From Sminthopsis crassicaudata (lineage: Eukaryota), in contig NC_133617.1 in the NCBI RefSeq assembly GCF_048593235.1, positions 524,500,958 through 524,564,957 on the forward strand: a DNA stretch of 64,000 nucleotides. The letters run 5' to 3'. The notes beneath the pieces are model-generated. The model was not told the DNA's origin. It was given only the letters and a program-made list of their open reading frames with translations, and did no database searches. Of this stretch, positions 19,931 to 37,200 are shown piece by piece. Both the position numbers and the translations under genes were made by a program. Positions within the stretch are counted from its first letter, which is position 1. Every line of letters begins with the position of its first letter.

Positions 19931-22900
19931 CTCAGGAGGAGAGTATAGAAAGATATACCTCCCACTCTGTAGAAGGAAGTGTAAAGAGACCACTCCAAGA
20001 GGGGAAAGTGCGGAGACCCCTCCTTTAGGGAGGAAGTACCTCTGGAAGGTTCTAAGGAAACCCCCACATTATGAAGTAACTTAGAGAGAAGAAACCAGAA
20101 ACACTTCCTCCCCCCAAAATAAGGGGTGGGAGGAGGGAGGGGAGGGACAGGTCCTCCAAATAGAGACAGGCAGAACAGAGATGGTCCCAAGCAGGAAGAG
20201 AGGCAGAGATAACCTTCATCCCAGACTTCTGTAAGAGAGAAAACTCACTTCCTTCTCTCCTTCCTCCCCTCCCCCCAGGCTGTGTTCCTGCCCCTTGGCT
20301 TCCCTGACAGTGTCAGCCCAGACTACCTGCCGTACCAGCTGTGGGACACAGTACAGGTTATTATCAGGCCCCCTAAGGGGGAGGGAGAGGGATGGGAGGA
20401 TAGAACATCAGGAGGTCATCTAGGTCAGACTTCTCTTTTTCCAGAGGAGGAACTTGAGGCCCAGATTGGTCCACTTGAATCCGGGTCTCTTTTTCTTTTC
20501 CCCAGTGTTCTTTCCATTCTTTACTTTGGGGCGTTATGACAGGACTGGCAGCTTGATGTAGTGGAGCGAGCCCTGGGCTGTAAGTCAGAAGACCTGTTCT
20601 AGTTTTAGGCTTGCCCTGCTTATTCCTGGTCTTTTTCTGGGCCTCTGTAAAGGGAGGGGGTTTGACTAAATGATCTCTAAGAAGGTCCTTTTAAACTGTG
20701 ATGACAAATTCAAAGCTGGGAGAACGATGACATTTCTCTTACCAGATATCCTTTCACCATCCAGGCTTTTGCCTCCAGCCTCACAGGCTCCTTGGCGACC
20801 CAAGCTGTCCTTCAGGGGGTTGGGGTGGGGGATGCAGCTGCTTCTGTCTCAGCTGCCACCATCACTTGGCTCTTAAAAGGTGAGCTATGATCGATATGCC
20901 AGTCGCCAGTGGCTTTTATCTTTTTAGCCTTGTGTTTCCAAGTTGATGCTTTCTTTTCTCTTCCCCCAAATGCCTGCCACACTTTCATAACTAAGTCCCT
21001 TTCCCCCACCTGGTATTCTGGGTTCTTGTCACTAAGGAAAGGAACTCATTCTGCTGTGAATTTCCCCCCTCTAATCCATTCTGCATGAGTCTACTCAATT
21101 TTTACCTAGCCTTAATCAGAATGGATATTGCCTCAGTCACACTGAATCCTGGTTTAGTTCAAAAAGGCCAAGGTCTCATACTGCATCCAGGGCCAACTTG
21201 TCCTGATCTGTATCTGGTCACTGGACTCTAATGGCTCTGGAGAAGCAATTGAAGTAGGGGACCTTGAATAGCTCTCCCTCACTTAAATCAATTCACTTGC
21301 AAGTTATGATGCTTCTCTGATGTGGTGGTCCTTTTCCAGAAAGGATAAACAATACCAAGCTGGTCTTTCTAATGCACAATTCTGACAAGGTCATTCCCAG
21401 TCTTATTTGAAAATCTTCAGTGTCTCCTCATTGCCTTCAAGGCATGAGTTCTTAACTTTTTTCTGTATTAAGGACCCCCTTTGGAAGTTTGGGGAAACTA
21501 TGGACCTCTATTCAGAGTAATGTTTTTAAATGCATAAATTCACAGGCCACTGATTTAGAATGATATACAGATCTATGGCTCAAAGCTTCCACACTCCCAT
21601 CATTCCAATTTTGCCATTTTGATTAATTCTGGTTTTTGTACCTACTTTCCAGCTCATGCTAAACATTCATTCCCACTTTTTCCTTGAACATTTTACTCCG
21701 CTTGGAATTCAATTCAGTGTATATTAATCGCTTACAAATATCCAAGGCATTGCACTCATTGCTAAAGGTTTTTGTGGTGGCTAGAAACTGGAAATTGAAG
21801 GGATGCCCACCAATTGGAGAATGGTTGAATAAATTGTGGTATATGAATCTTATGGAATATTATTATTCTATAAGAAATGACTAGCAGAATGAATACAGAG
21901 AGGCTTGGAGAGATTTACATGAACTGATGCTGAGTGAAATGAGCAGAACCAGGAGGTCATTATACACTTCAACAATAATACTACATGATGATCAATTCTG
22001 ATGAACATAGCTCTCTTCAACAATGAGAGGATCCAAATCAGTTCCAATTGATCTGTAATGAACAGAACCAGCTATCCCCAGAGAAAGAATACTGGGAAAT
22101 GAATATGGACCACAACATAACATTTCCACTCTTTCTGTTAATGTTTGTTTACAGTTTTGTTTTTTTCTTTCTAAATCCGATGTTTCCTGTGCAACAAGAT
22201 AACTGTATAACTATGTATACGTATATTGTATCTTGTATCTAACATATACTTTAACATATTTAACGTGTATGGGACTACCTGCCACCTAGGGGAGGGGGAG
22301 GGGGGAAGGAGGGAAAAAATTGGAACAGAAGGTTTTGCAAGGGTCAATGTTGAAAAATTGCCCGTGCATATGTGTTGTATATTAAAAGCTATAATAAAAA
22401 AAAAAACTAAAAAAATGCCACAGGAGAGGTGAAGATAAATTAGACCAAGCCATTAAGGAGTTTATATACTTTCTTCTACTGTTTCCACCTGTCAAAAATC
22501 CTTATTTAATCACCAGCAAGAAGTCATTCCTCCCTTTTCCATATTCCTGTAGCATTGTTTGTACTACTCTAAGGCATTTATCATTTTTAATTTTTTATAA
22601 AAGTTACTTGTAAGTTGCTGATCTCAACTATCCAACTGTTTCATGAGAACAGTCATTGTGTTTTAATTATTTTTCATCTCCTTTCCTGTCCTCTCCCCAA
22701 ACAATTTACACATAATAGATGAGAACCAATTACTTGCTAAATTAATTAACAAACATTGAATTTGGAGATCTTTTGGCCTCATTTGTCCTCTCTTCTACCA
22801 TAGATGGAACTGGAATGCTGGGGCGAATTGGTTTTGCCTGGTTGATGGGGTAAGTTCATCTTTCTTCCAAATCAGGTCTGATTAAATCAAGAGCTTTCAT

Positions 22901-25900
22901 AGATAATCATTGTGTCTTTTAACTCTTCGTGGCCACCATAACCTGGCAGAGCTGACCTTCATCAAACTGTGAAGTTTGATTTTTATAGCTTCCTATTTCC
23001 CCCCAACCTTTTTGCAGTTAATGAATCAGTATTCCTTGAAAGCAGTTGTAATATCAGTCTTTCTCTTTCTACCTTCCTTTTCCCTTTTTCTAAACCACAG
23101 AAACCACTCAGTTTTTTTAAGAATGTTAGAACATGGAGATAGAAAACCTTAGAAGAGGAAACTGAAGCCCAAGGGGCACTCCCCTGAAGCCACAGATAGT
23201 TAATGATGGAGCTAGGACTAGACTGCCAGTTCATGACGCTTCCACTACAGTATGTTGCCTTGCATTGTTCCATCTCTCTTGTCCATGGAGAAAAGATTTG
23301 ATATCAAATACGTTGAGGGTATTGAGGGACCAAATGTATTCCTTCTCCCAGTGCTACTTAGATTTTAAAATAAAGCCTAGAATAATAGGTTAAACCAGAA
23401 TAATAAATCTCTAATGATGGGGTTTTAGGTATAATTGATGAGTCAGATGAAAGATTTTTGGGAAGAAAGGGTCTTCCTAGGGCCCTTTAGATCACTTCAT
23501 ATATTCTGCCTCTATGTGAAACTGACTGCCACATAGTAAATGCTTTCTTCTTGATTCCAACGTAATAAACTCTCTCCTACAGGAGCAGACTGGATTGCGA
23601 TGCCAAGAAATGGAGGTGATGAGGGTGTAGTGGGGAGTCACAGAACTGGTGGGAGTTAGAGGGCACAAGGTGAATCTTTTGTAATGGAAATACAGGACCT
23701 CTGCCCTCTGACCTCAGGCTCTTTGCTGATGTTCTCAATGATGCAGCCATGTTCCTGGAGATTGTGGCCCCAGCATTCCCATCCTGCTTTACTCTCATTG
23801 TTTGTGTCAGCAGCTTGGCCAAGGTACTCGTCTTGAGAAGAAATGGGGGACCAATCAATCACGGTCATTTGCTCATTGCTTATTGTAGGCATAATTCTGT
23901 GTTCCTTAGAAGATTAAGAGATGCATAAGACATAAGACCAGCACCCGGGAGGAGTTCAGCAGGAGCAATAAAAGACTTTTTCCTGAGTTCAAATCTAGTC
24001 TCAGATATTTACTAGCTATGTGACCCTAGGCTAGTCACTTAACCCTGATTGTTTCTATTTCCTCATCTGTAAAATGAGCTAGGAGAGGAAATGGCAAACC
24101 ACTTCAATGTTTTTGCCCAGAAAACCCCAAAAGGGATCACAAAGAGTCAGACATGACTATAAAACAACTGAAAAAATCCAATCTAACTGTATGATAATTA
24201 GTCTTTGGAATATGATATTGCTGTATGGACATTGAGCTTTTCTTACTTCTGTAATATTTCACTCTTAGTGCATTGTGGGAGTAGCAGGGGGAGCCACACG
24301 GGCAGCACTGACCATGCACCAGGCCAGGAGAGACAACATGGCTGATGTTTCCGCCAAAGATGGAAGCCAGGTGAGAGACCTGAGAAGAGCTGTGGAGTTG
24401 AGGCATAGGGATTTGAGCTTGAATTGCAAGGGCTGAGTTGGGATCTGTGGGAAGATAACCTAACCCTCCTTTCAGGAGGAGCAGAATTTAAGTAGATACC
24501 CCAGTGTCTGTGAGTAGGTCTGATAAGCTAATCTAGACATAGCCAAATGAGCTGGTTTCTTTCAATGACCCAGAGGAACCACTTAGCAGATTAACAGCTT
24601 GTCCTCCCCAATTTTTTGCCATGTGAAAATTGCTGGAGAATAGAGGAAAGGGTTAGTACATGTTAGGGCTAAACCTGGAAATTTAGATTGAGAGCCCATT
24701 CTCCCCAGTCTTAGTGGAGGGTTAGTATGTTAGTGGTATTTGGAGATAAATTGACTTCCCATCCAGGTCTGAAGCTGCTCCATACAATACTCTTGTATTG
24801 CTTGAGGACAGGTAAACTTCGTTTGATACCCAAAGTAATTAAACTCCTGTTAACACTTCTTTGTTACTTTTTTTTTTTTTTAGTTGTCTAAACTTAGAAA
24901 ATTTTATGAAAAATTTATCATCTCCCTTCCTAGATTGTCAGCTCTCCAAAGCTATATCCTAAGGAGTCAATTGGTTTGAATAAAACATAGTCTCTTAGAT
25001 TTAAAACTAAAAGGGATTGTCTAGAAGCATGTTTAAAGGGGTGATAGAGGTGGGAAGACAACTTATAGCCAGATTTTTTTTAAAGATCCTTGAATTGCAA
25101 TTTAAGAAATTTGGACTATATTCTGTAGAAAATGGAGAACTGTAGGGAGTTTCTTGAGTTGGAGAATAATATGGTAAAAGTTCTGTTTAAGAAAGATTAA
25201 TTTTGCAGTGGCTCCATGATGTCAGAACTGCTGGACTGACATTTTTCCTTTCTACCAACTTCTTTCCCAATTCAGGAAACTTTAGTGAATTTGGCAGGAC
25301 TGCTGGTCAGTCTTTTACTTCTTCCTCTTGTATCTGAACGTCCAAGGTGAGATTTTAGGGGAAGTCACGAAGGAGGGGTTTTGAATTCCTTGTTTTGTCT
25401 GCCTTGCCTTCCACTTCTGATCTCATTTGTTCTCTAGACTCAGCCTTCTTGCCTTCTTCCTTTTCACCGCCCTTCATCTCTATGCCAACTACCGAGCAGT
25501 TCGGGCTGTCATCATGGAAACCTTCAATGAAGCTCGACTTTACCTTGTCCTAAAGCACTTCATTCAGTGGGGAGAGGTCTTAACACCTCCCTCAGCCAAT
25601 CGTATGGAACCACTGTGGACAGGTGACACTGCCTTTCAGTTTCCCCCATACCCTAAATCTAGTCCCTGCTGAATGTCTTGACTCTGGCTCTCCATAGGTT
25701 GCCTCCCTGCCCTGTCATTGTCCCTGGGTGTAGCCTTGCACAGCCTGGTCTCCAGGTGAGTGACACCTTCTCTCTCTTTCCTTATCCTCTCCCCCCATGC
25801 ATTCCTTGGGCACCTGTTAACTCCATATGAAGACCTTGCACTTCCTTACCACAAAAAGCCTTTGCCCCATCTTCTCTTTTTTTGACATCCTGGCATATCC

Positions 25901-28578
25901 CTCACCCACAGCCTCCCTACCATTGCTGCCTTCTCCTCTTCCATATATGTCCTGGTTTTGTTTCTCTTTCTCTAGTGCCTTTGAACTGCAGCAGGTGAGT
26001 GAGGGACATCAACAACCCTACCTCCTGCGCTGGGACCAGTGCCGAGGTGAGAGGGGTAGAAAGCAAGATAAGCTAGGGGAGAAAGAGGAAAGGTAATGGA
26101 ATTTTATGGAAAACCCTTTCCTTTAGACAATTTATATAAGAACATTAAAATTTTCTTTTAATTCCCTTTAATAAGAGCTTAGACAAAAGTAATGTTGACT
26201 ACATGATATAGGTAGGTAGATCTGGTTGAACAATTCACCCCAGAGACTTTTAAAGTCACTGTCAACTTGGATGGAAGCTTCTGATGCTATAGGGCTTTCT
26301 AATCTAATCAACATTTTTATCTTCAATTTAAAAGAAGTATGTGGCAGAGTATACACCACATGGCCAGATAGCTGGTGTAGTGGATAGAGTGCTAGGCCTC
26401 ATCTTCCTGAGTTTAGATCTGACATCAGACACTAGCTAAATGGCCCTACTAGATTTTTGATCCTGGCCAAGTCACTTAATCCTATTTGTCTCAGTTTCTT
26501 TATCTGTAAAATGATCTAAAGAAAGAAATGACAAACCACTCCAGTATCTTTGTCAAGAAAATCTCCAAGTGGGGTCACAAAGAGTTGGACATGACCGAAA
26601 ATGACTAAACAACAACCACATCACATTTGGTGATATTCTAAAGCTAAAAATGATAACTTTATTGGATGACATCCAGAATTCAAAAGATTTCAGTTGTTGA
26701 AAAATGGACTGAAATGATTCTCAAGTGACCTTGTGATATTAATGTGGATGTTCCTGTCAGTGATGTAGATAGCAGCCTATCAATGCCTATTTATCCTGAG
26801 CTGTTGTTGACTGTGTCCTTCCATATAAGGTTTTTACATTGAGCCCTAACCAATATTCCAGGAACTTTCTTTACTTTCTCCCTTCTTCATGAGTATGCCA
26901 GTAGAGCAAACAGGTGGTTCATTAAGTCATCAGCCTATCTCTATTGTTGTTTTTTTTTTTTAATTTATAAATTCCCCTAGCGACATATATTGTTCCAGTC
27001 TTTCTTCAGCGTTCCTTATTTGCTATATGTTATAATCTGCTTCTTCTCATTGTGTCTCTGTTGCCCTCTGAGTGATAGTATTTCAAAGACTGTTAGTGTT
27101 CTGTACCCAAAGCCATAGGACTAACTGAAATGGAAAAAAGTGAATAAGGATAGATGTAAAGGCCTCACCTGCATGAATACAAGCTTAGGGAGACCTCCCT
27201 GGACAGCAATTTATGTGAAAGTTTTGTTTTACCATAAGTTTGACATTAATATGTCAACAGCCTTTGTGAGCTCATGATACATGAGCTCATTAAGGATTCT
27301 TAAAAGTCCTTGTTAGGCATGATTGTATGGAGATATAAATTCCTCTCTAGCATTTACATAGATATGTATATATAGAGTGGTTTTCCTCTCCATTATAATC
27401 TGGGATTTGTGAAAGAAATCTGCCTTTTTCTTCATGAGTTAGATGGTTTTCATTATATTTTCTCTCAATCGTCATCTTTTCAGGTGAAATAATTCTAATT
27501 CTTCTATATAATAGTCATTCATTTCTCTTTTTCTCCCCATCCCCACCCCGTGATCTCTATAATTGTTCTAAGGATCTTTTTCAGTTATTATCAGACATGT
27601 ATTTAAAAAATATTTATTAAGCACCTGTATAAGATACTAGGGTGTATAACATTCCTATCCTCAAGGAACTTACATTGGGGAGATATGATATGCGCACACC
27701 AAAACAAACCTAATGATTCAGAAAATGTAAGCTAAAGGACAAATACTAGGATAGACTTTTTAATGGAGATTTCTGGAGTTCAAAGAAGAGAGAGTAGAGT
27801 TTAAGATAAGGCATTCAGAATATAGAATCTTAGTAAAGCCATGAGGGGTGAACAGGATAGAAAAGAAGGCATTCCAAGAGCAAAGACAGGTAGGGGAATG
27901 CATAAGGTATGTCCTAGGGATGAGACCAGTGTGCCACGCTAGTATGCCCATCTCTCTAGGCAAGATACAGGTGACGCTGGGCCAGGAAGCAAGTGCTGGG
28001 GTCATTCTGAGGGCAGCAACACATGGACTTTTGCTGGCAGCACTATTGGAGGATGTACCTCTTACAGAGGAGCTGGAGACCCTGAGAGGCCAAATCAGGG
28101 CAGGTGAGAGCTGAGGGGGAAGGGGAAAGGGTGGTGAAGTGGACAGCAAGAAGAGAGGCTAACCTTGGTTGTTGTTTTGGTCCACAGCCCCTGAAGGAGA
28201 CAGTTGGACCATTGTCAAGGAAACTTACCAGATTCTTGATAGGTTGTATCCCAAGTTCTTAAAAGGTAATAAGATCCACACTCCTTTCTTTAATCATCCT
28301 ACACTGAACTGGAAATTTGAGCATGCTGCATTCTAATATGGGATCTTCCACTTACTCATCATGTGATGTGGCAAATAGCTTCTTTTTTCTGAGCTTGTCT
28401 CCTTGGCTTTAAAATGGGGGAGGAGGGAGCAGTGCCAACCAGATGAAGAGCATGTAAGATTAGGAGGAAATCTTCCCTACCAGAGTTACAAGCTGTGGGC
28501 TGGGAGACAGAGCACCATCTGTTGGAGGTGGATGAGTGGCGAGCTGCATGGCCCCATCGGGAAAAGAAGATTTTGTGA
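19753..28578 (+). CDS. RUSF1: RUS family member 1 (C16orf58), 14 coding exons
   Basis: Exons: 19753-(19899, 19935 or 20007; donor unresolved), 20279-20356, 20765-20879, 22804-22849, 23583-23615, 23718-23823, 24269-24370, 25276-25346, 25438-25622, 25698-25755, 25976-26046, 27960-28103, 28188-28265, 28484-28578. Peptides AVFLPLGFPDSVSPDYLPYQLWDTVQ, LFADVLNDAAMFLE, NMADVSAKDGSQETLVNLAGL, HLYANYRAVRA and LEVDEWRA match RUSF1; phases from exon 2 onward are consistent. Confidence 0.96.
21750..22420 (+). mobile_element. LINE-1 3' end in a RUSF1 intron
   Basis: VFVVARNWKLKGCPPIGEWLNKLWYMNLMEYYYSIRND followed by L1 3' UTR and poly(A). Confidence 0.88.
23975..24175 (+). mobile_element. MAR1-type SINE
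   Basis: GAGTTCAAATCTAGTCTCAG core plus RTE-derived tail (GAGGAAATGGCAAACCAC...CACAAAGAGTCAGACATGACT). Confidence 0.75.
26365..26615 (+). mobile_element. MAR1-type SINE
   Basis: GGTGTAGTGGATAGAGTGCTAGG head, core, and tail CACAAAGAGTTGGACATGACCGAAAATGACTAAACAACAA. Confidence 0.8.
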
Positions 28579-28935
28579 GTGCTGCTGCCATCACCTGGGC
28601 CTAGGCCAGACAGGGACCAGGAATGCTCTGAAATCGGATCAAAGGAACAAGGATGAGCTGTTCTCAGTGGGAAAACTTTCTCCCTTGGCTGTCCCTTCTC
28701 CATTTTCTTTGGGTGGGAGAGCCTTCTCTGTGCTACCTTTTTATAAATGATTATTGGACTCTCCATGTCTCTGATAAGATTTGTTTTTAGTCCATTCCAA
28801 AGTAGCCATGTTTTAAACTGACACAACAGTATAAATGATATATGTATTCACTAAGTACAGTAATTATGTGAAGTTGACAAATGAGGAAGCTGATAAAGAT
28901 AAAAATGAGCCACAGTCATCATGCTAGGGCTTGTT

Positions 28936-28941
28936 TTTATT
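28936..28941 (-). terminator. Candidate SLC5A2 poly(A) signal
   Basis: AATAAA on the minus strand about 140 nt after the SLC5A2 stop. Confidence 0.55.
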
Positions 28942-29081
28942 CCTCTTAGATTGTTCATCCTAGATTCCAGCAGTATCAGTGCTATAGTTGCCCAGTTTCT
29001 TCCTCTCCCCCACCCCCCCCAGTTCCCAACAGCAGAGAGCCAGGACAGCACTGGATCACCAATGCTCCCTTATTAAAGGTC

Positions 29082-35563
<6,482 letters not shown>

Positions 35564-35642
35564 GATGCCTCAGCTCTGCCTCTAGTCCTATCTGGGCACT
35601 GGCCTCCCCCTAACTCCGGGAAAGGTGGCTCCACCCTCCAAA

Positions 35643-35657
35643 GGTTTAATGGTTACC
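35643..35657. promoter_or_regulatory. HNF1-like site in the SLC5A2 proximal promoter
   Basis: GGTTTAATGGTTACC (reverse GGTAACCATTAAACC) resembles GTTAATNATTAAC, about 80 nt upstream of the ATG. HNF1A is a known SGLT2 regulator. Confidence 0.5.
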
Positions 35658-35789
35658 TTGGGGGGCACTGAGCCAAGAAGTCCCCACTTGGCACTCTCAG
35701 ATAGCCAGTACCCCTACCCTCACCCTGGGTAAGATAGTTTGCGGTGGGATTCATGCTGATGGCAGGTTCTGGAGAGGAGATAAAAGTAT

Positions 35790-36130
35790 AAAGTGGATCT
35801 ACAAAGAAGATTGAGTCATTCAAAAAACTGGGAAGTAAGTGAAAATCCATTGATTGGAGAATAGCTAAACAAAGTGTGGCATATTAGTGTAATGGAATAC
35901 TAATATACCTTAAGAAACAAGAAATATGAGGAATTTAGAGAAATGTGGGCAGACATAAACTACTACAAAGTAAAGTTAGCAGAACCAAAAAAAACAAAAT
36001 ACCAAATGACTATTATGATGTAAATGAAAAGAACAATATGTAATTCAAATGACTAATCTCAGTCCCTAAAAAAGATGAGGAAATTCACTTCGTTTCTTTC
36101 ATTGGGAAGGTGGGGAGTGAGTATGAGTGA
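35790..36130 (+). mobile_element. L1 ORF2 end / 3' UTR fragment
   Basis: CCATTGATTGGAGAATAGCTAAACAAAGTGTGGCATATTAGTGTAATGGAATACT, the L1 'IGEWLNKLWY..MEYY' region, degraded. Confidence 0.7.
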
Positions 36131-36439
36131 ATGTATTATATATGTTCTCTAATAGACTGATGTCCAGTTGTTTAGGTCATTGTGGCTCCTTTTGGGGAGG
36201 CTTCTTGGCAAAGATAATGGAATGGTCCTTTACACATGAGGAAACTGAGGGAAACGGGGCCAATGACTTGTCCAGGATCACACAATTAGGAAATGTCTGT
36301 AAACACAGGAAATGAGTCTTCCTGTCTCCAGGTCCAGCACTTTGTGCACTATGGCACCACCTAGCTACTTAGATTTGATGTATTAATTGGTTTTGTCCCC
36401 TAGTTTTTTTTATAAAATAAGTTGCACAAAGGTGGGAAG

Positions 36440-37200
36440 GGGTAGACTTTCTAGAAATGCCTGTGATGGACTTCTCTACCCAAATATTACAATCACTCTT
36501 AAAATTCAGCATAAACAAAATTCATCTTTCCCTCCTAACCCCTCTCTCCCTGTTTTCAATTACATAGACTGATAGACTCAGATTCATTATTATATCTTTT
36601 CTCTTCCTCACCCCACACATAAGTCGTCACATCACTAATATCTCTCTGGTCTTTAGGATCTCTCACTTGTCTCTAATATCTTTCAAGTTGTCTCTTCCTT
36701 TCTATTCCTATGGAAAGGATAGCCTAATCCAAGCTCTCATTACTACTAGAATTTTTCTAACAGCTTCCTATTTGGTTTTTTTCTTCCATTCTCTTCCCCA
36801 ACCTCTCCTACCAATCATTGCCACATTAAGCTTTCTAAAAGCACATCTCTGCCTCTTTCTCAGGTGACGTCAGTGATTTAGTGATATAAGGGACAGAGCA
36901 TTTGGACTTGAAGTTAGGAAGATTTGAGTTCACATCCTACCTAAATACTAATTATATGATCTTAGGGAAGTCGACCTCTCCGAGCCTCAATTTTCTCTTT
37001 TGTAAAATGGAAATAATAATGATGGCACTTATGTCATAACCCTGTACAAGGTTATTGTACAGATCAAATGAAAGTCTGTGTGTATGTATAATACTTTGCA
37101 GTCTTTAAAGTGTTATATAAATGTTATCCATTACATTTATTATCTACAAGCTATACAGTTTAGCTTTCAAGGCCTTGCATAGTTTGGCCTTCCACTAATA
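36440..37200 (+). mobile_element. L2 fragment with an inserted MIR-like SINE (about 36870-37130)
   Basis: CT-rich L2 text interrupted by GATTTGAGTTCACATCC...GAGCCTCAATTTTCTCTTTTGTAAAATGG...GGTTATTGTACAGATCAAATGA. Confidence 0.55.
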
